Shown here piece after piece: positions 41,216 through 51,363 of a stretch of DNA of 64,000 nt (positions are counted from its first letter, which is position 1; each line of letters begins with the position of its first letter). The DNA comes from a virus. The stretch is taken from the IMG/VR virus record IMGVR_UViG_3300028920_000057, positions 24,897-88,896 of that record. One strand, written 5' to 3'. The notes beneath the pieces are model-generated. The model was not told where the DNA came from, ran no database searches, and saw nothing but the letters and a program-made list of their open reading frames with translations. A program made the position numbers and the translations under genes.

Positions 41216-43090
41216 CTACTCCGTTTCAAAGGTTGCACAATACGTGTTTATATCTTCGGTTATATTTGGTAATTCATCAGAAATCTGGTCAATTACCGCC
41301 GCAATATGATGCTTTTGATTGTCTCGGCAATACTGCAGCAACCTGAGAGTATGGCTCTGTAACCTATTTTTTAATACATCAGGAATTATAGTACAATCCT
41401 GCGGCACGTCAACCCCCGCTTCTTTGAAGCGTTCCAGCATATAGCTAGTGGCTATCGAGCCGACTCTCTCAAGTATCGTTCCGGTCATGGCTTTTGTAAA
41501 GTATTCATTGAAGCCATCTTCTGGCATTTCTGTGAATATATTTCGTATAACTTTAATCTCATTTCCGGCATCATGTTCAAACACATTCTTAACCAATTTG
41601 GTCTTTGTAGCCTTGGTTCCGTGCTGATTTGTTGGCTGGTTCTTGGATGTCGTGCTATTCTGAGAGGCGGTAGATGCGGCAAGCGCGGCCTTTGCTTCTG
41701 CCTCAGCCTTCATCTTGGGAATATCGATGCGCTCAAGCGCTCGCTCTCCTGAAACCCCAGCTTTTGGCATAGGCTTAAGCCCCATACGTTTACGAGCTTC
41801 TTCTTCTGTAATTGTGTTGCCCTGAAACAATCCCTGCTGATGATTTTCATTAGCCCTAACCGCTTCTCTATCAAGGGTCCCAAATCCAAATTCTGGCAGA
41901 GTCTCATAAGATAAAGGAAAGCCGCCGTCTAGAACGAAATGGATAAATAGATGATAGGTAATACTATCTGCAATAATATCGTTGATTTCACTACAGCGAT
42001 CCAACATGGCCTTGTCTATAGACTCTGCCGTGTTTCTATTACTGGAGTCGCCTCGACCTAGGGCGATTTCGGATAGACCCAATGTGGCAAGAGATCTTTT
42101 CTCGAAATACTGAAGATATGGCTGAACTTCAAGGGCCTTTCCTTCTGCGCCTACTACTGCGATTTTGTGGCGGTGAGAGGTTACAACCGAGCCTTCTGTG
42201 GGCATTTCTTGTATCTCGTCCTTAACTTTCTGTATCTCAAGATCATCAGAAGGATAATCGTCGGTTCCGACTATATACTGGAAAAGAGGAAAGATGTGAC
42301 TGGAAATAAGCATTTCCACCATTTCCTCTATTCTCCTCAAAGATCGAATATCCTCTAGAGCAGGAACGACAAAAGGCGTCCCATAGGCATGGCCTTCTTT
42401 TCGGCGCCAATCGAGATGAATTATATCTTCAGGTTTGAAGTTGCGATGCTCACCGATATTATAAATATACTGGCGATAACGGACAGGCTTGCCCCATTTA
42501 TTCCGCTTAACCGTCATAGAAGGAGGGTCTGCGAAGAAAATGCCGGCAATCGGCTCCATAGGCTTGCCATGATAATTGTAAATTTTCCCAGTTGTCCTAG
42601 TTTCATCCCTGACAAGAACTATATAAACATTAGAGTATTTGATCGTGTCACGAATGATCTTTCTTACCATCTGTTTTGTTGTAAGCCCTGTATTGACAAA
42701 GATTTCGAACAACCTTCTTTTAATATGCCTAACTATTCTTGGATCATCACCACCAATTTTGAAACCTTCTTTCATACATATTTCAATGTGCTTGTCGAAA
42801 GATCTTGAGACAAATCCCTCTGTGTCCTCAGCCTGAACAATCTCGGCCATATTATATTCATATTCCTCAAAGCCTTGCGTACCTCCGTTCCATCTTGATC
42901 TATAGATTGCGTTTTTATAAGCTAAAGCTTTGCTGTTAAGCATCTTTTGGATTTTGATACGTTGAGGGACAGAACCCCCGGTAGGCTGAACTGGATCGTC
43001 CTCGGGAATACCTTGCGTCAAATCCCTTTGTCCTTCTGGTTCGACCGGCTTTCTTGACACAAGATTCTTAAAATAGGAGAATACACCCAT
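41216..43090 (-). CDS. Portal protein
   Basis: FKPEDIIHL...YGTPFVVPALEDIRSLRRIEE, PLFQYIVGT, GDSSNRNTA, ITEEEARKRMGLKP; position between TerL and protease. Confidence 0.85.
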   Translation of the reverse strand: MGVFSYFKNLVSRKPVEPEGQRDLTQGIPEDDPVQPTGGSVPQRIKIQKMLNSKALAYKNAIYRSRWNGGTQGFEEYEYNMAEIVQAEDTEGFVSRSFDKHIEICMKEGFKIGGDDPRIVRHIKRRLFEIFVNTGLTTKQMVRKIIRDTIKYSNVYIVLVRDETRTTGKIYNYHGKPMEPIAGIFFADPPSMTVKRNKWGKPVRYRQYIYNIGEHRNFKPEDIIHLDWRRKEGHAYGTPFVVPALEDIRSLRRIEEMVEMLISSHIFPLFQYIVGTDDYPSDDLEIQKVKDEIQEMPTEGSVVTSHRHKIAVVGAEGKALEVQPYLQYFEKRSLATLGLSEIALGRGDSSNRNTAESIDKAMLDRCSEINDIIADSITYHLFIHFVLDGGFPLSYETLPEFGFGTLDREAVRANENHQQGLFQGNTITEEEARKRMGLKPMPKAGVSGERALERIDIPKMKAEAEAKAALAASTASQNSTTSKNQPTNQHGTKATKTKLVKNVFEHDAGNEIKVIRNIFTEMPEDGFNEYFTKAMTGTILERVGSIATSYMLERFKEAGVDVPQDCTIIPDVLKNRLQSHTLRLLQYCRDNQKHHIAAVIDQISDELPNITEDINTYCATFETE

Positions 43091-45633
43091 TATACTGTCC
43101 TCATAACTCGTTTAAGTAATTCTGACTGGTTAATGTCCTCAAAGCAGGACTCGATATTTTCTATACTCAGAGATCCGCTCGCAGCCCCTTCTCCTACACT
43201 CTTGATAAATAAATCTCTATTTCTAAGATTCGCCCCAACAGGATTGATCGGGATATCATTATCTGTGTAAAATGCTTCTGTATCGCTAAATGTATTAAAG
43301 ATAGAGGGTTGCAGAATCAAATCCTTTAAATTCTTTGTTTGAATCCGTTTCAGTTTCCGGCTGTTTTTACTACCAGTTCCGTCTCCAGATATAACGTCGA
43401 GATCGGTGATAACCTGATTTTCAAAATCATCTTGTGCTATTCCAGAAAGATTATTATAAAATATGTAATCATTTTGTCTACCCGACTCCTTCAGGGCGGC
43501 ATCAAGCAGGCGTCTTGTGTCTGGATCTTCAAACGGATCACCAGTCAAAGCACAATTATTCCCTCTTTCAACCGCTTCTATTATAGCGTCTATCAAGATA
43601 AATAAACTGCGGGCCCATTTCTGTTCTTTAAGAATGGAAATCTTATAATCCAGAGTCATTGTAGATAGATCTATCTTTTCCAAAATATCGTCTATCAACT
43701 CGTCCAAAGTTACCTTCATTTCTTCTATAGTATTCAACATAAATCTAATTACTACGTTTAACGGCAAACAGTTCATTAGAAATTGCATCGCTTCTGAATC
43801 AAGCCATTTGAATACATAATTAAAGATTTTATCAAAAGTCTTATTGATAATAGCAACAAGAGACGCTCGCGCCTTGGCAAGCATGTCGTCATAAATATCC
43901 GACATCATTTTATTTAAAAAGGCTCCAAGATCAAACGTAAGACCCTTAGCAAATAGCTGAAGTATAGACCGGATAGAATGTAACAAAGATACGTCGACTG
44001 CCCCAAAATATCTTACAAAACAGCAGATTGCGGCTGCAACCCACGGGTCATCAGTTAAAAATGCGGCGAGCCTATTTGTCTTTTCGTTATACGCACATGC
44101 CTGTTGGTGAAATGCATCTTTAACATTATCAAGCATTTTAGACGGACTGAATATATCTTTTGCAGCATCACTGATCGCTTCGCGGCTTGCTTTCCCAGAA
44201 GGCCTGTTCTTTCCGAACAAAGGATTGTCATATTCAACTACTTCCTGGGTTGGCTTAATTTTAACAGAACCTTTATCTGCTACTCCCGAGCTCACACTTC
44301 CTCCGGCTCTAACTGCTCGATTAAATGCTTGGCGCTCGGTATCGATACTAGTACTTACCGGATCTGTACGAACGGGCTCCTGGTTGGTTGCTTTAGCTTC
44401 TTCGGCAAACATGGGAGAGAAATTAGGAGCTTGTTCAAGACTGTTTTGTACGTCATAAATCATGGATTCCAATTCAGGAAGCACGAACCAATGAGAAAAG
44501 TCTTCTTTTCTCGCAGGAGTAACGGCATTTATAGTAAGCCATGAAATACCGTATTCATAAATTATATCATAATCTCCTCTTCTGAAATAAGACTTGATAA
44601 CATCAAGAACATCTTCAGAAAAACCTATTGCTTCTGAAAAGTCTGCCAGTGTCTTTCCCTGGAATCGGCCATAAGGAATGGGCTCGTTATTGGCAAGCGC
44701 CTTGGCGGCATCAACAATTTCCGCCTTATCTATATCTCCAGCATCTTCGGGCAGCACGACAAGGTCTAGTACTGTCTCGACTTCTTCTGCGAGAAGACCC
44801 TCAATAAGAAAATGCATAGCTAAACCTATGATGATCTGCATTATCATGATAAAAACGCCCGCAGGATTAGGCATAAGAGTTGAAGCTTTAGACTGCAAAT
44901 ACGTCTGTGGTGCTTTCCACATGGCAAGTTTATGGTTGAGAAAATATAAGACAACAAGCGCAGCGCCATATACAAGCAATTCCGCAAGAGCACTCGGCCC
45001 ACTTGCAATAACTCTTTCCCTCCATCCAAATGCCGGCTCGCTGAAATTGGGAGTATTGAATTCACCGTTCTTGGCGGCTTTGTCTCTCATTTGATTTTGA
45101 TATAACTCCCATGCCTTAATTGAATCTTGCAAGATTTGACTATCCTGCATATCGTTGCCAGTAAGCTGTTCGAGAAAAGTGGAACCTATAAACTCTGCCT
45201 GTTTAACTTTGCGATCTACGACCTCTTGCCACATCGGAAAATATATCTTATCATGATTAGGGGTTGATCCTGGGAAAACCCGACTGATAGCCTTGCGTAC
45301 TGTATCCATCCCTTCAACAGGTATATAAAGCTTTTCTCTGGCATTCTGTGCATTTTCTATCATACTTCTCAGGAGTATTGCCTTGCCTGCAACAGAATAA
45401 AGATTTGCGAATATCTGATCTTCATCTGTTATAAGAGACTTCTCTGTTTGCACGCGACTCATATTCTGGCTAAGAGGAGCTTTAAGATCTCCATAGGCTG
45501 GGATACCTGCCGCTTTTAATTCCCTAATTGCATCTTCAAGACTTCCGGCTTTATCCATTATAGTCCTGATTTCATCAGTAACTTCACGACGTACGTCCGG
45601 TTCTATCGTTGGTTTTTTTCTTCTAATGGCCAT
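43090..45633 (-). CDS. Hypothetical 847-aa helical protein between terminase and portal
   Basis: Long ORF with stop/start overlaps at both ends; two hydrophobic segments; no recognised motif. Confidence 0.65.
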   Translation of the reverse strand: MAIRRKKPTIEPDVRREVTDEIRTIMDKAGSLEDAIRELKAAGIPAYGDLKAPLSQNMSRVQTEKSLITDEDQIFANLYSVAGKAILLRSMIENAQNAREKLYIPVEGMDTVRKAISRVFPGSTPNHDKIYFPMWQEVVDRKVKQAEFIGSTFLEQLTGNDMQDSQILQDSIKAWELYQNQMRDKAAKNGEFNTPNFSEPAFGWRERVIASGPSALAELLVYGAALVVLYFLNHKLAMWKAPQTYLQSKASTLMPNPAGVFIMIMQIIIGLAMHFLIEGLLAEEVETVLDLVVLPEDAGDIDKAEIVDAAKALANNEPIPYGRFQGKTLADFSEAIGFSEDVLDVIKSYFRRGDYDIIYEYGISWLTINAVTPARKEDFSHWFVLPELESMIYDVQNSLEQAPNFSPMFAEEAKATNQEPVRTDPVSTSIDTERQAFNRAVRAGGSVSSGVADKGSVKIKPTQEVVEYDNPLFGKNRPSGKASREAISDAAKDIFSPSKMLDNVKDAFHQQACAYNEKTNRLAAFLTDDPWVAAAICCFVRYFGAVDVSLLHSIRSILQLFAKGLTFDLGAFLNKMMSDIYDDMLAKARASLVAIINKTFDKIFNYVFKWLDSEAMQFLMNCLPLNVVIRFMLNTIEEMKVTLDELIDDILEKIDLSTMTLDYKISILKEQKWARSLFILIDAIIEAVERGNNCALTGDPFEDPDTRRLLDAALKESGRQNDYIFYNNLSGIAQDDFENQVITDLDVISGDGTGSKNSRKLKRIQTKNLKDLILQPSIFNTFSDTEAFYTDNDIPINPVGANLRNRDLFIKSVGEGAASGSLSIENIESCFEDINQSELLKRVMRTV

Positions 45634-47606
45634 TAAAAGGATCTCCCTTTACGTCCTGATGACATAAGTTTCATAAATTTAGAACGGCCGCCAAATGTGA
45701 CACCTCTCTTATCTTGAGACTCTTTAGTTCTACTCATGACATGAAAGGATTTGCCCCCCTTGACAAAATCTTTACTGGGGTCATCCGGCTCCTTGCGTGG
45801 CGCTTGTATTAAAGTGTCTTTGGCAATTTGTGATTCAAACGTTTCTTCTTTCAGTACCTTAAATGGCATAAAAGCGATATGGCCGCCAGATGCGACTTTG
45901 GCTATATCGGAGAATTCCATAGTAATAGCAAAGACAGACAAAAGCCAAGCTACCGCCTCGTGATCTTTACCTTGGGAATAGACAGGAATGCCAGTGGGCG
46001 TATAGCGCTCGATCTCAAGGTTTCGAAGTTGATCTACAAGTCCCCCTTCTTCGTTCTCGAAGTGGGGGAATGCGCACATATCGTTCTCGACTCGACGTAC
46101 CGCAAGATCTATCATCAGAGATTTATTCTGCTTCTCTATTTTCTTCTTTGAAACAGGATCTCGAATTATTGTCTTCCCATGCATATGTATCGCTTTAGCC
46201 GCTTTTAACAGCTTATCGTTATGAGCCTCTTTTGCATAAGCTCTCAACATTTCAAACTGAGCATTACCATATCCGGCATCCAGATAAATATAGTTCGCAT
46301 TCCATTTCTCGAACATCGTAATAATATCTCTGATAGCCGTTAATTGGGTAAATTCGTCCGACATACTTGTTTTCTTATCTACCACAACATAACGGTTGGA
46401 TACTCTGTCAAACTCAGTAACGATAATAGGAATGCCGTTGGCAGCTCCATTCCAGTCTACTCCGATGCAATATATGTTATTCGGATTGTATCGATCAATG
46501 CCATACTTATAAGTATAAAGCGAATCAATAAGTTTGTTAGTAGGAAATACGCCTCCTTCTACAGTCCCGAATTCTGCTTCTATTTCATGTTCCCATGCTG
46601 CTCTGGAATATTGCGCCCTCAGAAGGCGCTCTGTCTTGTCTGTCCATTCTGGAGATTCCTTTGCAGATACGTGGAAATGTTTGAAGCCCTGACGCTTATC
46701 TGTGCAGAACCCATAGAATTTACCGCGCTTACCAGACGGAGTAGAAGTTACCCATAATTCAGTATCTTTAGAATCTGTAATAATCGCTATAGTAGATTCG
46801 ATATCAGAGTCTGGGATATAATCAACTTCATCCATATATATAATCGTAGCACCCTGACCACGGGTCTTATCTGATTTAGATCCCGTCTTAGATCCCGTAC
46901 AAAACCCTTTTGCCTGAGAATTATTTCCCATCTTATAGATTTGATTGGGAGATTTTGTTCTGCGGTTTTCAGATTCGCAAAGGGTATTAGAATTGACAAT
47001 AAGTTCGTCTATCTTCTCAAATATTTCGTCTACCTGTGGCTGATAAGGAGCAAGAACAAGAACGCGCTCTGCGGCCTGTTTTTCATCTTCGTTGAGACGA
47101 GCGAGTTGCATCCTATGAAGAATGCGCCCAACCTGAGAGTGCGTTTTCCCACTCCTTCTTCCCCACCTAAGAGCCTTCATACGAGCCGTGCAACAAACAG
47201 CATCTTCCTGATACCACCGAAGATTAATTCCCAATTCTTGTTTAAACCACACTACAGGATTAAACATACCCGCTACGGCGAATTCCTCGTCGGACATCCC
47301 TCCTTCTATTCGTCCAAGCCCACATCTTAAATCTCCATGACATTCTACGGGGAACATGTCTGTTTCGGGCTCTGGTTTGCCAGCAATCTGTCTGTTAATC
47401 TTTTGTTCTTCTGTCTCTTTTACATCAAGCTCACCGTTGATATATGCTTCTCTATATTCTTGGATGCAAGCTCGGCACATAGGACTGTCACTATAGGCAC
47501 AGCCGGTTTTATTCTCACAAATCCATTTATCGAACTTTTCACCACGAGCTTTACGCTCGGCAAAGGTCTCCTCGGCATCTTGTTGGCTGAGCACTTTTTC
47601 AGACAT
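45633..47606 (-). CDS. terL: Terminase large subunit
   Basis: LRWYQ (adenine binding), GRRSGKT (Walker A), IIYMDEVD (Walker B), TSTP (motif III), nuclease IGVDWN, YLDAGYG and DH. Confidence 0.93.
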   Translation of the reverse strand: MSEKVLSQQDAEETFAERKARGEKFDKWICENKTGCAYSDSPMCRACIQEYREAYINGELDVKETEEQKINRQIAGKPEPETDMFPVECHGDLRCGLGRIEGGMSDEEFAVAGMFNPVVWFKQELGINLRWYQEDAVCCTARMKALRWGRRSGKTHSQVGRILHRMQLARLNEDEKQAAERVLVLAPYQPQVDEIFEKIDELIVNSNTLCESENRRTKSPNQIYKMGNNSQAKGFCTGSKTGSKSDKTRGQGATIIYMDEVDYIPDSDIESTIAIITDSKDTELWVTSTPSGKRGKFYGFCTDKRQGFKHFHVSAKESPEWTDKTERLLRAQYSRAAWEHEIEAEFGTVEGGVFPTNKLIDSLYTYKYGIDRYNPNNIYCIGVDWNGAANGIPIIVTEFDRVSNRYVVVDKKTSMSDEFTQLTAIRDIITMFEKWNANYIYLDAGYGNAQFEMLRAYAKEAHNDKLLKAAKAIHMHGKTIIRDPVSKKKIEKQNKSLMIDLAVRRVENDMCAFPHFENEEGGLVDQLRNLEIERYTPTGIPVYSQGKDHEAVAWLLSVFAITMEFSDIAKVASGGHIAFMPFKVLKEETFESQIAKDTLIQAPRKEPDDPSKDFVKGGKSFHVMSRTKESQDKRGVTFGGRSKFMKLMSSGRKGRSF

Positions 47607-48331
47607 TAATACCCCATTCCCTGAATACGGTTGTGTTGAGGCTGTGTGTTACGCATCATCCCACTCATAGCGGCGCCAAAGCCCAGTGCGGCAATGCCTC
47701 GGACGGCTCTGTTCTTCATAATTCCTCCGATAGCACGTCCCGATGGAATCTTAGACGTAGAAAGAAAGCGCCCGGTTGCACCCAGACTGGCATACGCAAT
47801 ATAGCCGCTTATGGCTCCTTTCATAATTCCTGTAGAACCTCCCGCCGTACGAACCGAAGCTCCTTGAACATCAGAGGCCCCGGTCGCGTCTAGATAGTCG
47901 TGCTGAAGTCCTGCTGCGCCAACGTTAGATCTGGCGGCTGCTTCAGACAATAGAGCAACTCCGGCTCCGGCTCCGACCAAACCCCCTGCGATAGCGTGCG
48001 TCGTGCGCGTAAATCCTTCGCCTGGAAGTCGCGATACTGCCTTCGACATCTTGCGAAGACCTCCTTCTCGAAGAGCTTCGAGGGTTCGATACATAGTTCT
48101 ACTACCTCCAAGTGCCATCCCTGCAAGCCCACCAGCGATCGCGGCTCCGACTCCTACTCCGCTAAAAACAGTCTGAGCAGTTAATGCGGCCTCAATAGCC
48201 TGGTTCTCACGTTCGTTTACAGGACTCGCGCCCCTATCGGAGGAGAAAGGGCCGACAATGTTGGCTCCAGCAGCAGCGATCCCGGCGCTACCAATGCCTC
48301 CTGCCATTAAAAGCTTTCTTATAGTTGCCAT
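47606..48331 (-). CDS. Gly/Ala-rich hydrophobic protein, putative internal virion/ejection protein
   Basis: Several GxxxG hydrophobic helices, basic; coupled to terL by TAATG. Confidence 0.5.
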   Translation of the reverse strand: MATIRKLLMAGGIGSAGIAAAGANIVGPFSSDRGASPVNERENQAIEAALTAQTVFSGVGVGAAIAGGLAGMALGGSRTMYRTLEALREGGLRKMSKAVSRLPGEGFTRTTHAIAGGLVGAGAGVALLSEAAARSNVGAAGLQHDYLDATGASDVQGASVRTAGGSTGIMKGAISGYIAYASLGATGRFLSTSKIPSGRAIGGIMKNRAVRGIAALGFGAAMSGMMRNTQPQHNRIQGMGY

Positions 48332-48343
48332 TGTATTTTCCTG

Positions 48344-49219
48344 TTATTGGTGTACCACCGTGGCTTCTCTGCCAAACACTTGTCGCAACTGCGACTGCGT
48401 ATTATGTATAGCCGCAAGAGATCTCTGTCTCATGGTAGCGGCACCTCTGTTATCAAAGAATTGTCCTCCCATTTCAGTCATAGTGAATTCCTTTTGTTTC
48501 CGTAGTGAGCGGCCATAGGACGCTACCCCTTCGTAAATATCTCCGTACGCAGAAGTAAGACCCATTATCCCTTGAAAGGCAAAAAACTTGGCGGCACCAT
48601 GAAAAGCCAAGCCAGCCCATTCCATCCCCTTAGCCATACCGATACTTCCTTTTATTGGAATCTCTCCCAACAGAGGTAATCTCAATGTCGCCTTGTTAGA
48701 TACCGCCCTCTCAAGAGCTTCGGACATCACTTTGCTTTCACTAAACGCTTGTTCTAAAGCAGCCACTGGCCGGCTTTTGGCAAACATAACACCGCTTTTT
48801 CTAGCTCTCCGTTTGGCTATCTGCTCAAACTGCCCAAAGGTGCGCCTGTCAAATTCCTTGATGCCTGTGGGTCTCCATGCTGTATCGTCAAAAACTCGCC
48901 TAATAATACCACTATGTACACTCTGTCGGCCAATTGCCAGGCCCGGCTGAGTTGTACCAAATATCCTTTGAGCAAAGAACTGTTTCTTGCTTGCCATCTT
49001 GACTTCTGCTTCAAAGGCTTCGCTGGGAACTCCGGCAAACTGAGCCATAGCGCTTGCAGTAAATCCATACGCCCCCCTGGTGGCGAACTGTTCTATCGCA
49101 GTGTTGACGACTAGGTTCCCCGCGAATGATGCGATCCCTTCTTCGCCAAATGGGGTTGCCCATCCCGTTGCCATGAACGATGGGTCGTACTCGGAAAAAG
49201 CAGCTGGATTAATAGGCAT
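48344..49219 (-). CDS. Putative internal virion/ejection protein
   Basis: Basic, Gly/Ala-rich; C-terminal AATMRQRSLAAIHNTQSQLRQVFGREA; GGAG RBS. Confidence 0.5.
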   Translation of the reverse strand: MPINPAAFSEYDPSFMATGWATPFGEEGIASFAGNLVVNTAIEQFATRGAYGFTASAMAQFAGVPSEAFEAEVKMASKKQFFAQRIFGTTQPGLAIGRQSVHSGIIRRVFDDTAWRPTGIKEFDRRTFGQFEQIAKRRARKSGVMFAKSRPVAALEQAFSESKVMSEALERAVSNKATLRLPLLGEIPIKGSIGMAKGMEWAGLAFHGAAKFFAFQGIMGLTSAYGDIYEGVASYGRSLRKQKEFTMTEMGGQFFDNRGAATMRQRSLAAIHNTQSQLRQVFGREATVVHQ

Positions 49220-49227
49220 ATTAGCTC

Positions 49228-51363
49228 CTATACTAGAGCGAGACCGTGAGGCCTGCTGTTAAACTGTTCTGTATGCCGATAGGGGTGTCTATATACATGC
49301 CCCGGCTTATAGTTTACCATTGCACGAGATGTCTGTTGATTATACTTTATCATTTGCGGCTGTCTACTCGGCATTGCCGGACTTGGAGGAATGACTTTAT
49401 TGTTCTGGCTTCCACTCATAACATACGAACCTAGAGCAAGGCCAATACCTCCAATAATCGTTCCTTTAGCCATTTTGCTTTGTCTAATATTCTTTGCCAA
49501 GGCATTGAATGTCTCTGCAAAATAGCCTCCTCCCGACATAACTCCTTTCTCGACCTTTTGAGCAATCTTCTCGCCCGCCTCGTTATACAGCTCGCCGAAC
49601 TTCCTAGTACCAGGCATTAGTCTGTCTCGAATCCCGGTAAAAGCTCGACCAAAAGCCAAGTCTGCATCATAACCAGCGCTGCCGTAAATTCCGTAAGCAG
49701 TTACTCCCAACAAGCCTACGGCTGCGGCCATCGTCGGATGACGCATCTTTTCTCCTGGCCGACCTCTATCGTTCAGGATGTTATGTGTAGTAGATACTGC
49801 GGCATAGCCAAGGAGCCCTAGAGATCCAAATCGTGCAATCTTCCCTCCAAAAGATGAGACTCTGTCCCCCATCACGTGAGAAAGGGATGCTTTGAGATTC
49901 GGATAGCCTGGTACAATCTTGTTTGCATTCCATGTCGCGGCTCCAAGCCCTCCTGCAATCATTGCGTCGACAAATGGGTCACTCGGATCTCCTGCCCATC
50001 TGTCCAGAGTCTCTTGCGCAGGAGACTTACTCATGAAACGATAAGCAGTAAAGCCGCCAAGCATACCTATACCAACGCCCAGCCAGCCCATCTTTCTGCC
50101 AGTCTCGCCCAGAGTACCTTCAAAAAGCGCAACTGTTCTATTAATTTTTATCTTCTCTGAGATCTCCTCGGCCGTATCAGTCATAAACTCGAGCTTCTTG
50201 GTCCTCACGAACGGCTTTCCGTCGTCTCCCAGATAAAGGTTCTTTTCTACATTGGCCTTTTCTGCTCTGGCTCTTTTCTTTTTCTTAGCCTGATCTACCT
50301 GTCCTGCTCGAGTCTGTACTTGAGGAAATCCCGGAGCCACCTTTGTCCAGCTATCCTGCATACCTGCGACGACTTCCCCTTCGTCAGTCACTACGGCGAA
50401 TTGCGTCAGAATATCATTACCAAGGGTATCGGGCAGGGCTGAGTGAGCTGTCTCAACATGAATACGAACGCCATCGATTTCAAGCGTCTTACCAGGACGA
50501 CGTCCGGTATTCGGATTCGCAAGGATATCTTCCTGCTTAAGACTTGGAACAAATCCCTCCGGCACGTTCTCTCCAAAGGGGATCTCTTGAGTGTCGATCC
50601 ATCTCAGCTTGTCATTATGGATCGCATCCTTTAGTCTCGTAATAAGCTTGTATCGTTTGGAGCGTTTATCCTTTATTGTTCTTTGTACTGCGCGGAAATG
50701 ACCGTATAAACGTTGTGCATCGAAATCTCGCACATTGTGTCCAGTAACTGTTCCGGCATGTTCAAACAGATAGATCATCTGTTCCAGCTGTTCGTCTGAA
50801 AGAGCCTTGCCCGCTAAGTCTCCATATGTAATATTGCCCCTAAAAACCTTTTGGGCCCCTTTCTCAATAATTTCGTCAGGCTTTGCTTTCTTATGAGCAT
50901 CACTTATGAGTCGTGGATCTTGTAGCGCATCAAAGTTAAACAGGGTACTGATTTTTTCCCCTGTCTTGACATTGTGTTGAGTAACGTGCATGGAGATCTG
51001 AAACACCGCCTCGGCATTACCAAGGCCGGTAGTTTCAAGATCGAGGAAGATATTGAGAGATCTATTCTTGAAGGATTTAGATTTGACAGTGTCCTGCAGA
51101 TTAAGGAAAGCCTTGTTGTCGTCCAGCCAGCCGGATCTCCTGCCAAACTTATATTTGTAACGGTGGCCACCCTCGGTAATGACGGATAGCGCCTGGTCTT
51201 CTGCCTTGGTCAGTGGCCTCATTACGCCTTTGCGGCCAGAATGAACGTCTGTTGCCTCCGGGTCCCAGACGTAGGGGTAATCTTCACCATAAAGGTGATA
51301 GATAACACTCCCTTCGGTAAACTTCACTCCGCCTTGTTTGGCTGTTTTAGGCCTCTTCGCCAT
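49228..51363 (-). CDS. DEDDh (DnaQ-like) 3'-5' exonuclease domain fused to a Gly-rich membrane-like C-terminal region
   Basis: ExoI IFLDLETTGL, ExoII GHNVRDFD, IDT, ExoIII AHSALPD; C-terminal half has about five GxxxG hydrophobic segments. Confidence 0.75.
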   Translation of the reverse strand: MAKRPKTAKQGGVKFTEGSVIYHLYGEDYPYVWDPEATDVHSGRKGVMRPLTKAEDQALSVITEGGHRYKYKFGRRSGWLDDNKAFLNLQDTVKSKSFKNRSLNIFLDLETTGLGNAEAVFQISMHVTQHNVKTGEKISTLFNFDALQDPRLISDAHKKAKPDEIIEKGAQKVFRGNITYGDLAGKALSDEQLEQMIYLFEHAGTVTGHNVRDFDAQRLYGHFRAVQRTIKDKRSKRYKLITRLKDAIHNDKLRWIDTQEIPFGENVPEGFVPSLKQEDILANPNTGRRPGKTLEIDGVRIHVETAHSALPDTLGNDILTQFAVVTDEGEVVAGMQDSWTKVAPGFPQVQTRAGQVDQAKKKKRARAEKANVEKNLYLGDDGKPFVRTKKLEFMTDTAEEISEKIKINRTVALFEGTLGETGRKMGWLGVGIGMLGGFTAYRFMSKSPAQETLDRWAGDPSDPFVDAMIAGGLGAATWNANKIVPGYPNLKASLSHVMGDRVSSFGGKIARFGSLGLLGYAAVSTTHNILNDRGRPGEKMRHPTMAAAVGLLGVTAYGIYGSAGYDADLAFGRAFTGIRDRLMPGTRKFGELYNEAGEKIAQKVEKGVMSGGGYFAETFNALAKNIRQSKMAKGTIIGGIGLALGSYVMSGSQNNKVIPPSPAMPSRQPQMIKYNQQTSRAMVNYKPGHVYRHPYRHTEQFNSRPHGLALV

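Noticed and set aside
45633-47606. Intein or intron in terL
   Set aside because: ATPase and nuclease motifs are normally spaced; no C...HN splice motifs or LAGLIDADG/HNH insert seen.
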